IMG/VR virus record: IMGVR_UViG_3300044557_000138
Span: 1-36,837 of that record
Strand: one strand, 5' to 3'
Length of the DNA: 36,837 nt
From: a virus
Positions 9,202-17,866 of the stretch are shown here, in pieces. Position 1 is the stretch's first letter. Each line of letters begins with the position of its first letter. Both the position numbers and the translations under genes were made by a program. The notes beneath the pieces were generated by a model. That model saw nothing but the letters and a program-made list of their open reading frames with translations. It searched no databases and was not told the DNA's origin.

Positions 9202-9542
9202 TTGCCGGCCTTCTTGAGTGCTCGGGCCAGAGTGCCGCGTTTCGATTCGACGAGCATCGCATGGTCGCTGTCCGCAACGACCATGTATGTTCTGCGGTGT
9301 GCACGCTCGACGGTGGCGATGTGCAGGCTTGCCTTATAGGCTCCGGGGCGTTCCGGGTGTTTTGCTGGATCCGCATACCAGTGTTCGGTTTCCGCGTCAC
9401 CAACGGGAGCGGTCGCCTTGGCTTCGGCGAGTACCGCCTCGGCTTTTCTACGGCACAGTCCATCGACTGGAGCGGAGTGCAGGATGCCATCGAAGAAATC
9501 GTCGTTGAGATTCACGACGGTGTTTCCATGGAAACTTGCCAT
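9198..9542 (-). CDS. HK97 gp10-like head-tail joining protein (114 aa)
   Basis: ORF track. Size, position and sequence style (…AKATAPVGD…YKASL…VVADSDHAMLVE…) resemble the gp10 family. Confidence 0.55.
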   Translation of the reverse strand: MASFHGNTVVNLNDDFFDGILHSAPVDGLCRRKAEAVLAEAKATAPVGDAETEHWYADPAKHPERPGAYKASLHIATVERAHRRTYMVVADSDHAMLVESKRGTLARALKKAGK

Positions 9543-9934
9543 CAGCCGACCACCTCCTGTAATGCGGCCACCAGCGTGGGCTGCCAGCCGGTGAAGGCGT
9601 TCATGTCACGAGTCGGATAGCCGACCACGTTCCATTTGCGCCCATCAGAAGCCAGTAGTCGGTCGCCACGTCTGACATCAAGATCGGGAATGTCTGAAAC
9701 GAACTGTGCGGTGCTGAGCACCTCGCTGCGTACCGCATCATCCTGTTCGGTACTCGTAAGAGATGCCAGGGCGCCGTTCACTTGCAGATCGTCCGTGTCG
9801 GTCCAATCTCCAAGCGTGCTGCTATCTGGATCGTATGGGTCAACGACCTGTTTTCTACGCTGACGTGTGAACTGTTCCGTGTACCGCAGCGAAAACGTTG
9901 AATTCTGCTGTACGTAGTCGATCGCGGTGCTCAT
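9542..9934 (-). CDS. Head closure / head-tail adaptor protein (130 aa)
   Basis: Track ORF 9542..9946. I prefer ATG 9934 (MSTAIDYVQQ) because it forms an ATGA overlap with the stop at 9931. The alternative start at 9946 is not excluded. Confidence 0.55.
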   Translation of the reverse strand: MSTAIDYVQQNSTFSLRYTEQFTRQRRKQVVDPYDPDSSTLGDWTDTDDLQVNGALASLTSTEQDDAVRSEVLSTAQFVSDIPDLDVRRGDRLLASDGRKWNVVGYPTRDMNAFTGWQPTLVAALQEVVG

Positions 9935-10461
9935 GACACCCCCCATGTCAGCCTGTACGGCGCTAACGCATTCTTCTCAATCTGCAGGAGCGGAATGCTC
10001 AATGGTGCTCCGCCTGCTGTGATGAAGGTGACGCTCGAACCGTTCGTGGACTGCGAACCGATAACTCCAGGGCCAGTCGAACCGCGTTGCGCGAGCTTCA
10101 ATATCAGCGATGTCACGTCTGCGACTTCACCGGCATCGAAACCGTGCGACAGCGTGACTTGTACGGCTCCTGGACAGTCGGGGAAACATCCTTCACGCAG
10201 GCGCACGGTCCCTGCGATGCCCCAATCGATGCTGTCCTTCATTTCAACGCCGTTGACCAGCAGGCTTGAGATGTCGGTGACGTGCATGGATGGCAGCAGC
10301 AGGGTGCGAGCGCCGTAGGAGTCGAGTTTCAGGGTCTGTTCGATGTTTGGGGCGATGTGCCAGCCGCAGTAGGATCGCACGGATTGCTGTGCGGCCTTGA
10401 GCCAGATCGATGAGTCCACCGTCGTGTCACTGGATACCAGGTCTGGAATCGTTTCAGCCAT
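9931..10461 (-). CDS. gp6-like head-tail connector protein (176 aa)
   Basis: ORF track. First sizeable gene after the capsid gene, the usual connector position. Confidence 0.5.
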   Translation of the reverse strand: MAETIPDLVSSDTTVDSSIWLKAAQQSVRSYCGWHIAPNIEQTLKLDSYGARTLLLPSMHVTDISSLLVNGVEMKDSIDWGIAGTVRLREGCFPDCPGAVQVTLSHGFDAGEVADVTSLILKLAQRGSTGPGVIGSQSTNGSSVTFITAGGAPLSIPLLQIEKNALAPYRLTWGVS

Positions 10462-10473
10462 CGCCCCGTCACC

Positions 10474-10629
10474 TCACTTCTCTTGCTTGACGGTGGAGGT
10501 TTTGCGCTTCACCGTTTTTGACGCGTCCTTGTTCTCTGGTGCTCGCTGTACAACCTCGACCGCGTCTTTCGGCTGCTGACCTTCCCTATACAGGAAGGTG
10601 CGGCCGTTGAGTTCATAGGATTTCATCAT
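10474..10629 (-). CDS. Small hypothetical protein (51 aa), below the ORF-track cutoff
   Basis: Hand translation gives MMKSYELNGRTFLYREGQQPKDAVEVVQRAPENKDASKTVKRKTSTVKQEK. GAGGTGAT lies 5 nt upstream of the ATG. Fills the gap between the capsid and connector genes. Confidence 0.55.
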   Translation of the reverse strand: MMKSYELNGRTFLYREGQQPKDAVEVVQRAPENKDASKTVKRKTSTVKQEK

Positions 10630-10640
10630 CGGCGATCACC

Positions 10641-11882
10641 TCATGCCGCAGCGCCAAGAGTCACCTTGGCGATGGCTGCCGGATACTTGACCTGCATCCC
10701 GAGACGTTCGCGCAGACGCACGGTGATCTGGTCGCTGGTGAAATCATCGCCATGCGAGTTGGTGGATTCAATGCGTACGCCACCCTTGCGGAACACCTTC
10801 GCGGCGGTTGAGAACGCGCCGACGACGACAGTGCCCTTCGGGATGCTGGCGGACACGACGGTACGCAGACCCCAAAGCAATGGCTGCTGCATGATTCCAC
10901 CATTGCCGTACTGACCAGCGAAGAAACCGCCACCAAAGTACTGACCGTTCGCATCCTTGGACAGGCGGATGGTCTGATAGTCGGCGGGGTTGATGACGAT
11001 GCCGTCAGCAGCGAAACCGGTGACCTCCTGCACCGCGGTGATGGCCTTGAAGATAAGATCAGGATCGCTGACCTTCTCGCCTGTGGCATTCGCCACGGTC
11101 TGGATGCCGTCGCGGCTGAGCACACCCTTGATGGAGTTGCTGGTGCCGTCCCCGGACAGCAAGGCAAGTTCCTCACGCAGCTGCAGATCATAGAGTGCGG
11201 TCGAGTTGATCTCGGACACCACATAGTCGGCATCCTCAGCCATGTCATCGGTGATTTTGAAGAATCCCGCAACCTCAGCCAGAGAATCGGTCACCCATGT
11301 CGGGTCAGCCAAATGAATCTGAGGCTTCGCGCCACCCTCGGCCACGAATGCCGTGGACCCCTCGAGCGCTCCGAACACCGGATACTTGATGCTGTTGCCG
11401 GAAACCGTGCCCGATCCGAGAATGTCGGCGAACATGAGCGGACGCTGGTATGGCATGACGAAGTTCGTGTCAATGTCGGTAACCAAAGGTCCGAAAGCGC
11501 CTGTCGCCTGGCCGACATGCTGCACGTCGGTTGCGGACTTGAACTCCGTGGTCTGGAATCCACGGGTCTTCGTGTCGAGAACGGTCATACCAGCGTTCTT
11601 CAAGCTCTTCATGAAGAACTCGCCTGGAGTCTTGGCGTCGATCACGCCAGACTTGGCCTCATTGTCGACCTTGGATTCCTTCTTGCCGAGGGAACCGAGC
11701 TGATCGAGCAGGGTCTTCTTCTCAGCAGCCTTGGCCAGCTGTGCGTCCAAGTCCTTCACTTCGGCGAGAATTCCCTTCAAAGCGGTGACATCCTCTTCGC
11801 CGAGTTCCTCGCCGTTCTCGATCCGGTCGTTGAACTTCTGCGCCTTGGCAAGTGCCGCAGCGCGTTTCTCCTTGAGATTCAT
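10641..11882 (-). CDS. Major capsid protein, HK97 family (413 aa)
   Basis: N-terminal coiled-coil delta-like region followed by HK97-style core motifs (e.g. LLSGDGTSNSIKGVL). Follows the prohead protease gene. Confidence 0.9.
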   Translation of the reverse strand: MNLKEKRAAALAKAQKFNDRIENGEELGEEDVTALKGILAEVKDLDAQLAKAAEKKTLLDQLGSLGKKESKVDNEAKSGVIDAKTPGEFFMKSLKNAGMTVLDTKTRGFQTTEFKSATDVQHVGQATGAFGPLVTDIDTNFVMPYQRPLMFADILGSGTVSGNSIKYPVFGALEGSTAFVAEGGAKPQIHLADPTWVTDSLAEVAGFFKITDDMAEDADYVVSEINSTALYDLQLREELALLSGDGTSNSIKGVLSRDGIQTVANATGEKVSDPDLIFKAITAVQEVTGFAADGIVINPADYQTIRLSKDANGQYFGGGFFAGQYGNGGIMQQPLLWGLRTVVSASIPKGTVVVGAFSTAAKVFRKGGVRIESTNSHGDDFTSDQITVRLRERLGMQVKYPAAIAKVTLGAAA

Positions 11883-12676
11883 TGTGAATCCCCTTCCTGA
11901 GCCAATTGCTCATAGATGTGTATTAACTGCGACATGGCCTCCACGGACGGATTGGCTTTCAGCTCCTCGGCCTTGGCCTGTTCAGGCTCCTCGGTCTTGG
12001 CCTTGGCATTACCGCTGGCTTCATCCACATCAAGATTGGTTTTCTCCCCATCCAACTGGGACAGGACATTGTTCAGGCTTTCCGCTGCCGCAGTAATCTG
12101 GGACACGGATTCACGAAGAGAACTCTCATTCTTCGCGGAAATAACCCGTCCGGACTTCACCTCGGCAGTGAGCATGTCAGCAGCCGACTTGACCGCCACG
12201 ATCGACGTGTCCTGATTCGCTCCGACTGGGACGAACGAGGCCTCATACACCTTGAGCTTCCTCAGCTCATTGGCTGTGGTCACATCATCCAGTTCCACAG
12301 TTCCTTCATCGAGCACGTCGAACGCGAATGAAAGCTGCGAAAGCCGCTTGCCCTTCACCAGCCTGTACACTTGGGCTGCTTTTGGAGAGTCCATGTCGAA
12401 CTGGCCCTTGACCCACCATCCGTGATCGTCGGTTCCCATGTCAATCGCGCCGCCGACATTAAAATCAGGGTCGTCCATGCGATGCCCGTACATGATCGGC
12501 ATCACGTTCCCCGACTGCTTCCACTGCTGGATGGTATCATCGAACGCATTCTTTGCTACGACGTCACCATACGAGTCAGGTTTCCGCGTGAACGTCGAGG
12601 GGTAGACCAGAAACTGGCCATCCTCCAGATCGTCACCGTCGGTCCTGAACGATACCGGCATGTCCTTGAGCTTCAT
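11879..12676 (-). CDS. Prohead serine protease, HK97 family, with acidic C-terminal tail (265 aa)
   Basis: ORF track. Lies between the portal and capsid genes. Motifs YGHRMDDP and LSQLSFAF resemble the prohead protease family. Confidence 0.8.
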   Translation of the reverse strand: MKLKDMPVSFRTDGDDLEDGQFLVYPSTFTRKPDSYGDVVAKNAFDDTIQQWKQSGNVMPIMYGHRMDDPDFNVGGAIDMGTDDHGWWVKGQFDMDSPKAAQVYRLVKGKRLSQLSFAFDVLDEGTVELDDVTTANELRKLKVYEASFVPVGANQDTSIVAVKSAADMLTAEVKSGRVISAKNESSLRESVSQITAAAESLNNVLSQLDGEKTNLDVDEASGNAKAKTEEPEQAKAEELKANPSVEAMSQLIHIYEQLAQEGDSQ

Positions 12677-12678
12677 GG

Positions 12679-14118
12679 CTATGCTTCCTTACTGTCAAAA
12701 TATTTCATCGCCGCAGCATTCGCCTGATTTGCGAGCATGCCCGCATTGAACTGGTCAATACCGGAAGACACGAGGTCGGCTTGCAGCTCACGTTCCCAAC
12801 GTTTCCAATCGATACTTTCACCAGCTGCCTTACGGGAGCTATTGGAACGTTTCATGCGCGCAAACCAGCGTTTCACCACATCCTCAACCTCGGCCGGAAT
12901 GGGTTCCCCGCCATCCTGCGGGCTGGACTGGCCACCTTTGGTTACATTGAGTGGTACCACGAGTTGATTCCCGCCATCAAGTTCAGGAAGATTCTGCCTT
13001 GCGCGCCCCTCGTTCACCGTCATCCAGGGAGCGCCGATGCTGGTGGACAGCACACTCGCCTGCTCCTCGAAATCACCGGCGAGCTTCGATTGGATGTTGA
13101 ACTCCAGATATGGGTTGCTGGCGGTGCTCACTTTGGGAACGAGGAACGTGTTGAGACGGTCCTGCACCATCTGCATCAACGGCCCCAATGTCTCCGAGTA
13201 GAGCATCTTGCGGAACTCACGGGTGTTGCTGAAGTTCGCGTTGTCGAGGATGCCGACCATGACGGGATTCACGTGATACACCTGGGCAACGGTCTGGAGT
13301 GAGAGCTTCGTGACTTCCGAGAACTCGTCCTCGCGAGCCGAGAACCCGACGCGGTTCATGGTCATGCCATCCTCAAGCAGTGGACTTGAACCAGCCTTGC
13401 CACCGTTGTCCTGGTATTCCTTCCAATCCCTCTGGAAACGTTCACGGGCCTTGTCATCCCAATTCGGCGCATCCTTCGGACGCGACAAGTACATGCCGAT
13501 GCGACCGCCACGCTTCCACATCTGCGTGCGGTATGACCACGCCTGAATCTGCTCCGCCACCACGTCCTTCAACGCATTGATAGGTGAGACTCCGGACGCT
13601 GGGTCGCAGGGATTCCACCCGTGGAATACGATCATGTCCTCGGCTTTGATGTCGACTGCATGCCCCTGCTCGGGATCGACCGTGAACACCTGCGGGGAGA
13701 ACACGTCTCCCTGCTTCTTCATTGTTACCCACGATGGAGGGATCGGGCGGATCATCCACCCCGAGGGGGAATCAGCCTGTACCACGATCCAGTATGCGAC
13801 GTCATAGAGCGCGATATCGCACACCAGTGAACGCAAAAGTTCGAACTGCGTCATGTCCGGATTCGGCCTATTCAGCAAAGCGTTCAGTGGATCGTCAGTA
13901 ATACGTATCCTGTTCGTATCGGATTCACGGTTGAACAGCTGCAATCCGACCTGTGCGACGTTGTCTCCCATGAATGAGATGACCGTGCGAAGATGCGGCT
14001 GTGTGGCATAGAGTTCCGCCGGAGACTGCCCCAGCACCTGAGTCACATCATCCTGGGTGAAAGTGATGTTTACCAGGGGACGATTGAACCAGCCCGAAAT
14101 AGTGGACCAAACACTCAC
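12679..14118 (-). CDS. Portal protein, HK97 family (479 aa)
   Basis: ORF track. Immediately downstream of terL; size and order are typical. Confidence 0.85.
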   Translation of the reverse strand: MSVWSTISGWFNRPLVNITFTQDDVTQVLGQSPAELYATQPHLRTVISFMGDNVAQVGLQLFNRESDTNRIRITDDPLNALLNRPNPDMTQFELLRSLVCDIALYDVAYWIVVQADSPSGWMIRPIPPSWVTMKKQGDVFSPQVFTVDPEQGHAVDIKAEDMIVFHGWNPCDPASGVSPINALKDVVAEQIQAWSYRTQMWKRGGRIGMYLSRPKDAPNWDDKARERFQRDWKEYQDNGGKAGSSPLLEDGMTMNRVGFSAREDEFSEVTKLSLQTVAQVYHVNPVMVGILDNANFSNTREFRKMLYSETLGPLMQMVQDRLNTFLVPKVSTASNPYLEFNIQSKLAGDFEEQASVLSTSIGAPWMTVNEGRARQNLPELDGGNQLVVPLNVTKGGQSSPQDGGEPIPAEVEDVVKRWFARMKRSNSSRKAAGESIDWKRWERELQADLVSSGIDQFNAGMLANQANAAAMKYFDSKEA

Positions 14119-14132
14119 ACGATCCCCCCTTC

Positions 14133-15710
14133 CTAGAGAACCATCAGACCATGCTCCGCATAAGCGGAAGCGGTCATCGAAGAATTCGAAGCTTCGAACA
14201 TCTCAAGCCCATACAATGCGTACGTCTCCGCGATCAGCCCTGAGATATCCATCATGGAGTTGTTGCGATCCCACACCTCGACATCACCGAGCTTGCGTGC
14301 GATTCCAGCGGATACTGCCTCATCGATCGCAGGCTGGGGCAGGTGACGCAGCTTTTCCTCACGTACACGGTCACGGAACTGGCCCGTGGACGCCCCCAGA
14401 CGAGGCCCGTCTATTGAATCAACCTGGAAGCCAAGCTCGGCCAAGGGGTCGATCAGATCCACAGCACGACAGCCACGCCCCTGGATGGCAACCTCATTGG
14501 CACCGGTGGTGTCACGGATGCGTTTGAGCAGGTTGGGAACCCACATCATCCCATCCCTACGAGTCACCACCTCCACGTGAGGCAAGCCATCAGAACGCAG
14601 ACCAGCGGCAGCCACCCACGTGACCGAACCATCCGCGGTAGTGTCTATGCCAAGAACGATTCTTCCGCCTTCCTCGATGGAAGAGCCTGCGTCACTGCCT
14701 CGCTTCCACTTCTCAGGATCGAGATACGTGTCCACATCGGCGGTAACCCACTGGCATAGCACCTCAGTACGGAAACCAGCCTCGGTCATACCTGCCGCAT
14801 CGGAAGCCAGAGACTGCACCGTCATACCACCGAAGCCAATGCTCGGATTCGCCTGGCATAGCGCATCGGGATCATCCAACGCACACCCGTCATGAGCGGA
14901 CCATTCGAACAACCCGATACTCACATCATGCGAATTCGCATACTCCTGGGAACTCTGCAGACCGGCCCCCACATACTTGTCCCACTCGGCAATCTGAGCG
15001 AGACCGGCATCTCGCTGAGCTTTCAATACCACGCTGGTCCCATCCCCCGTATTGGAGATACCCCACAACTGCCCGCTCCAGAAGCTCTTCGTGGTCTGGG
15101 AAGTCGCATTCCACGCCACCCACGTCTGCTGCTCACGAAGCTCATCCATCAGCACACGGGCAGCAGGCTTTCCACGAGCGTTCTTCGCCGCACGAATCTC
15201 ATACTGTGCAAGCTTCTTCGACTGGATATACTCCTTGCCGTTCGTATCCGAAACCTTCGCGGTATTCCCCTGCAAAGCAGGAATCGCCAGATCCTCAGCC
15301 TCCTCGGTATCAGGCTCAGGATCACACCACATCTTCACCTGCGCCCAAGGCTCACGCGCAATATCCAGATTCTGGGCAGTACCGACGATTTTAAATTTCA
15401 CGGGCGGCACACGCTCTGGATGACGCAACGAATCCACAAGCAGCCACCAGCAGGCGAGGACACTCGCCAGCATCGTCTTGCCATTCTGACGAGCGACAAG
15501 CACAATCACGCGACGAAAACGATACGACCCGTCAGGCATCAGCTCCAACGCATGCTTCAACAACCACTGCTGCCACGGACGAAGCTCAATACCCAAGATC
15601 GCACGTGCGAAATCAATGACCTCGAAACCAAGAGAAGTCTCAGGTGTAAGCTTTCGTAAAGGACGGGTCCAAATACGAGGCTCCATATTCCCAAACCGCT
15701 GTGAAGACAT
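14133..15710 (-). CDS. terL: Terminase large subunit (525 aa)
   Basis: Walker A-like VLVARQNGKT. Track ORF trimmed to ATG 15710 (MSSQRFGNMEPRIW), which is preceded by AAGGTGGTGG. Confidence 0.9.
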   Translation of the reverse strand: MSSQRFGNMEPRIWTRPLRKLTPETSLGFEVIDFARAILGIELRPWQQWLLKHALELMPDGSYRFRRVIVLVARQNGKTMLASVLACWWLLVDSLRHPERVPPVKFKIVGTAQNLDIAREPWAQVKMWCDPEPDTEEAEDLAIPALQGNTAKVSDTNGKEYIQSKKLAQYEIRAAKNARGKPAARVLMDELREQQTWVAWNATSQTTKSFWSGQLWGISNTGDGTSVVLKAQRDAGLAQIAEWDKYVGAGLQSSQEYANSHDVSIGLFEWSAHDGCALDDPDALCQANPSIGFGGMTVQSLASDAAGMTEAGFRTEVLCQWVTADVDTYLDPEKWKRGSDAGSSIEEGGRIVLGIDTTADGSVTWVAAAGLRSDGLPHVEVVTRRDGMMWVPNLLKRIRDTTGANEVAIQGRGCRAVDLIDPLAELGFQVDSIDGPRLGASTGQFRDRVREEKLRHLPQPAIDEAVSAGIARKLGDVEVWDRNNSMMDISGLIAETYALYGLEMFEASNSSMTASAYAEHGLMVL

Positions 15711-15740
15711 GGAACCACCACCTTGAAAGAAGAGAGCAAC

Positions 15741-16070
15741 ATGCAACCACAACAAGAACCGATTCCAGCATCAGCTCCGACATCAATTCAGCAAAAGCCA
15801 CGATCGTCAAGCGCAACCACCGGTCTCATTCTCGGCATCGTCGCATTTCTGCTGATAATGATTGCGGTAGCAATACGTGGGGCTGGCATATTCGCTGGAC
15901 TGGGAAGCATAGCTGCATTCGCCGCCATCGTCTTTTCGATAGTTGGAGCCGTATCCTGTCGCGCCACAGGAGTCAGAAGAGGCATGGGGATCGCGATCGC
16001 CGGAATAATCGTGTCGCTTTTTGTTCTCATGCTTGGCATATATGCAATACAGTGGGTCCAACAGATGTAA
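15741..16070 (+). CDS. Small multi-pass membrane protein, DUF4190-like (109 aa). Opposite-strand moron between terS and terL.
   Basis: MQPQQEPIPAS..., a P/Q/S-rich N-terminus followed by three hydrophobic helices (GLILGIVAFLLIMIAVAI, GLGSIAAFAAIVFSIVGAV, GIAIAGIIVSLFVLMLGIYAI). One hand-counted line (15841-15900) is 30/60 G+C. ATG 15741 lies after GAAAGAAGAGAG. Confidence 0.7.
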   Translation: MQPQQEPIPASAPTSIQQKPRSSSATTGLILGIVAFLLIMIAVAIRGAGIFAGLGSIAAFAAIVFSIVGAVSCRATGVRRGMGIAIAGIIVSLFVLMLGIYAIQWVQQM

Positions 16071-16391
16071 CTAGCCTGTTTTACTGTGTTTCTCACGAAA
16101 TGCCGAGAGCATGTCAATCTGAGAGCCAGATTTTGACTTCGCAGGCGCTTTCTGAGCCACCTCAACAGTCAATCCGAGCGCCTGCAAGTATTTCAGAAAC
16201 GTCGGAATGGTGACATTGTCCAATTTTCCGTTTTGATCGACGAAACCGTTATCGGAAATCAAGTCAATCCGCTTGGCAAGTACTCTCGATGCCGCCACAA
16301 GCGCAGAATTCTTAGCAGAAAGCCCGGAAGCGTTACGCAAAGAGCGTTCAAACGCATCAGCAACGCTCAAAAACTCAAATTTTGCTGCCAT
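16071..16391 (-). CDS. terS: Terminase small subunit (P27-like, 106 aa)
   Basis: ORF track. Position between the HNH genes and terL. C-terminal FLKYLQALGLT motif resembles the P27-family small terminase. Confidence 0.6.
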   Translation of the reverse strand: MAAKFEFLSVADAFERSLRNASGLSAKNSALVAASRVLAKRIDLISDNGFVDQNGKLDNVTIPTFLKYLQALGLTVEVAQKAPAKSKSGSQIDMLSAFREKHSKTG

Positions 16392-16454
16392 GTCTAACCT
16401 TAACCAGTCTCGCGCGCGACCCCATGTAAAAAGTTCGGGGAGAGGGGAACACCG

Positions 16455-16940
16455 TCACGCGGAAAGTAAGCCGCCGGACAGGTTTCCAGCGATGTCAACG
16501 CCCCTGGGGTGGGCAGCTCTTTGAAAATGTTTCTCTCTCCATTTTGTTTGGGTTATTCTTCGGCATATTTTGCATACCCTGTACCCGTTTGGAGTAATAT
16601 AACTGTTCTCTTGTGTGATCGGGTGGCCGTTTCTGCAACAGTCTCTTGCTGCGACGCCGCGTCTTGTATTCTCTTGTGTTGTTACAGGTTCAAGGTGGTC
16701 TTGGTTTACACAAGCTCTGTTTCTACATAGATGGTCAAGCTGTAGTCCTGCTGGAATATCACCAATGAATGCACAATAGGAAATCCTATGTGCAGCGTAT
16801 AGCTTATGTCTGATTGATATAAGCCCATATCCGTCTCTGTCCAGATGTTTCTGCCATATCCAACAGCCATTGTGATCAATGACAACACTGTTTTCGACTC
16901 TGCAATGGAGGTGCTCGTTTGTTTGGAAACCTTTACGCAT
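16455..16940 (-). CDS. HNH_3-type (homing-like) endonuclease (161 aa)
   Basis: Track ORF 16455..17171 trimmed to ATG 16940 (MRKGFQTNEHLH...). Motif LDHLCRNRACVNQDHLEPVTTQEN. Hand-counted lines 16741-16860 are 25/60 G+C each. Confidence 0.8.
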   Translation of the reverse strand: MRKGFQTNEHLHCRVENSVVIDHNGCWIWQKHLDRDGYGLISIRHKLYAAHRISYCAFIGDIPAGLQLDHLCRNRACVNQDHLEPVTTQENTRRGVAARDCCRNGHPITQENSYITPNGYRVCKICRRITQTKWREKHFQRAAHPRGVDIAGNLSGGLLSA

Positions 16941-16950
16941 TATCCAATCC

Positions 16951-17250
16951 TTAGTACCATTGTCTGCTGTGTGTGCCGAGGCTGAGCTTGGGTGGCTTGT
17001 TGCTTCGTAGCACGTTGCATATTTTGTGGGCGTGCCTGAAGTTTGCTGGGTCGTATTGCATTGTTGGGTCGACTGATACGGGGACGTAGTGGTCGAGTTC
17101 GTGTGAGTCGTCGGTGCTTCCGGGCTTTGCTGCGTAGTCGATGGGTTGTCCGCATAGCCAGCATGGTTCATTGTCGCGTTGCCCTTGCGCGAAGAACTGA
17201 TCGCGTTGTTTCTGGAATGCTCGCGTGCTGACGCGCTTCTTCGTTGCCAT
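16951..17250 (-). CDS. Terminase-associated HNH endonuclease (99 aa)
   Basis: CWLCGQPID...SHELDHYVP...NFRHAHKICN, an HNH motif. This is the usual partner of HK97-like cos terminases. Confidence 0.85.
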   Translation of the reverse strand: MATKKRVSTRAFQKQRDQFFAQGQRDNEPCWLCGQPIDYAAKPGSTDDSHELDHYVPVSVDPTMQYDPANFRHAHKICNVLRSNKPPKLSLGTHSRQWY

Positions 17251-17527
17251 GCGCTCGCCTCCTAGGTGGTGTTGCCCTGCTCTCGTCTGCCGGGGCGCTG
17301 AATGTTGTGGCGAGGCAGGGCAAGTGGGTGCCTGGTGGGGAAAGGTTGTAAAGACAACCAGGCAAGAATGTGCAGGCAGAGGCTTGGATACTGCTCTCGG
17401 AGTTATCCATTTGAGCTTGCCTGCTGGTACTGGCTCGCATTGCTATGTCAACGTTCGCCAGCGACATGCGCCCCGGACGCACCGGAGCGTGTCTGCGTTA
17501 GGCAGCACTTCATAGATGTGTTGCCAG

Positions 17528-17595
17528 TTCCTCTGGCGGGAATCGAACCCGCATACCCGGCATGGAGCCGGAGTCGCCTAACCGACCACAGAGGT
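17528..17595 (-). tRNA. tRNA-like element, non-canonical. Best read as Trp (CCA anticodon loop CUCCAUG).
   Basis: Minus strand: ACCTCTG TG GTCG GTTAGG CGAC TCCGG CTCCATG CCGGG TAT GCGGG TTCGATT CCCGC CAGAGGA A. The T-arm is perfect and the acceptor has 6 bp plus an A:A mismatch, but the D-loop is short, position 37 is U, the variable loop is 3 nt and no CCA is encoded. Confidence 0.4.
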
Positions 17596-17775
17596 ACTTC
17601 ACTGTTCTTCGCATTTGTTACCCGGTTTCGGAGTCCGGATTCAGTTTTTTGCCGCCCGCTATATGACGGCAAGAATGTTTGGTCGGCTTGCATGGAGTTG
17701 CACCGTGCCCGTTCCATGCCTGCAAGATTTGCAGGATGGGGTTTCTGGTTAAGCCTATTGCGCTCGCATGCGAAA

Positions 17776-17795
17776 GGCCGGTATTCCTACCGGCC
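17776..17795 (-). terminator. Perfect 8-bp GC hairpin downstream of the early/middle operon
   Basis: GGCCGGTA ttcc TACCGGCC. On the minus strand it is followed by TTTCGC, and it lies 72 nt after the stop at 17867. Confidence 0.4.
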
Positions 17796-17866
17796 CTGCA
17801 TACACTGAAATCAATAATACAAACATACCGCAATCGAATGACATTGGTGTAATTTGCTTGGGCGTG

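Noticed and set aside
15788-16165. Minus-strand ORF of 125 aa that would bridge terS and terL
   Set aside because: It overlaps the terS 3' end in another frame, is antisense to a much more convincing three-TM ORF, and has no RBS.
16455-17171. The 238-aa track ORF fusing a T/S/Q-rich N-terminus to the HNH_3 domain
   Set aside because: The first 77 codons overlap the 99-aa HNH gene in another frame. The composition shift and an ATG at 16940 support a 161-aa gene.
17448-17833. ORFs 17448..17717 and 17618..17833 inside the 616-nt gap
   Set aside because: One runs straight through the tRNA-like element. Both lack RBSs and coupling to neighbours, and both read as non-protein-like.
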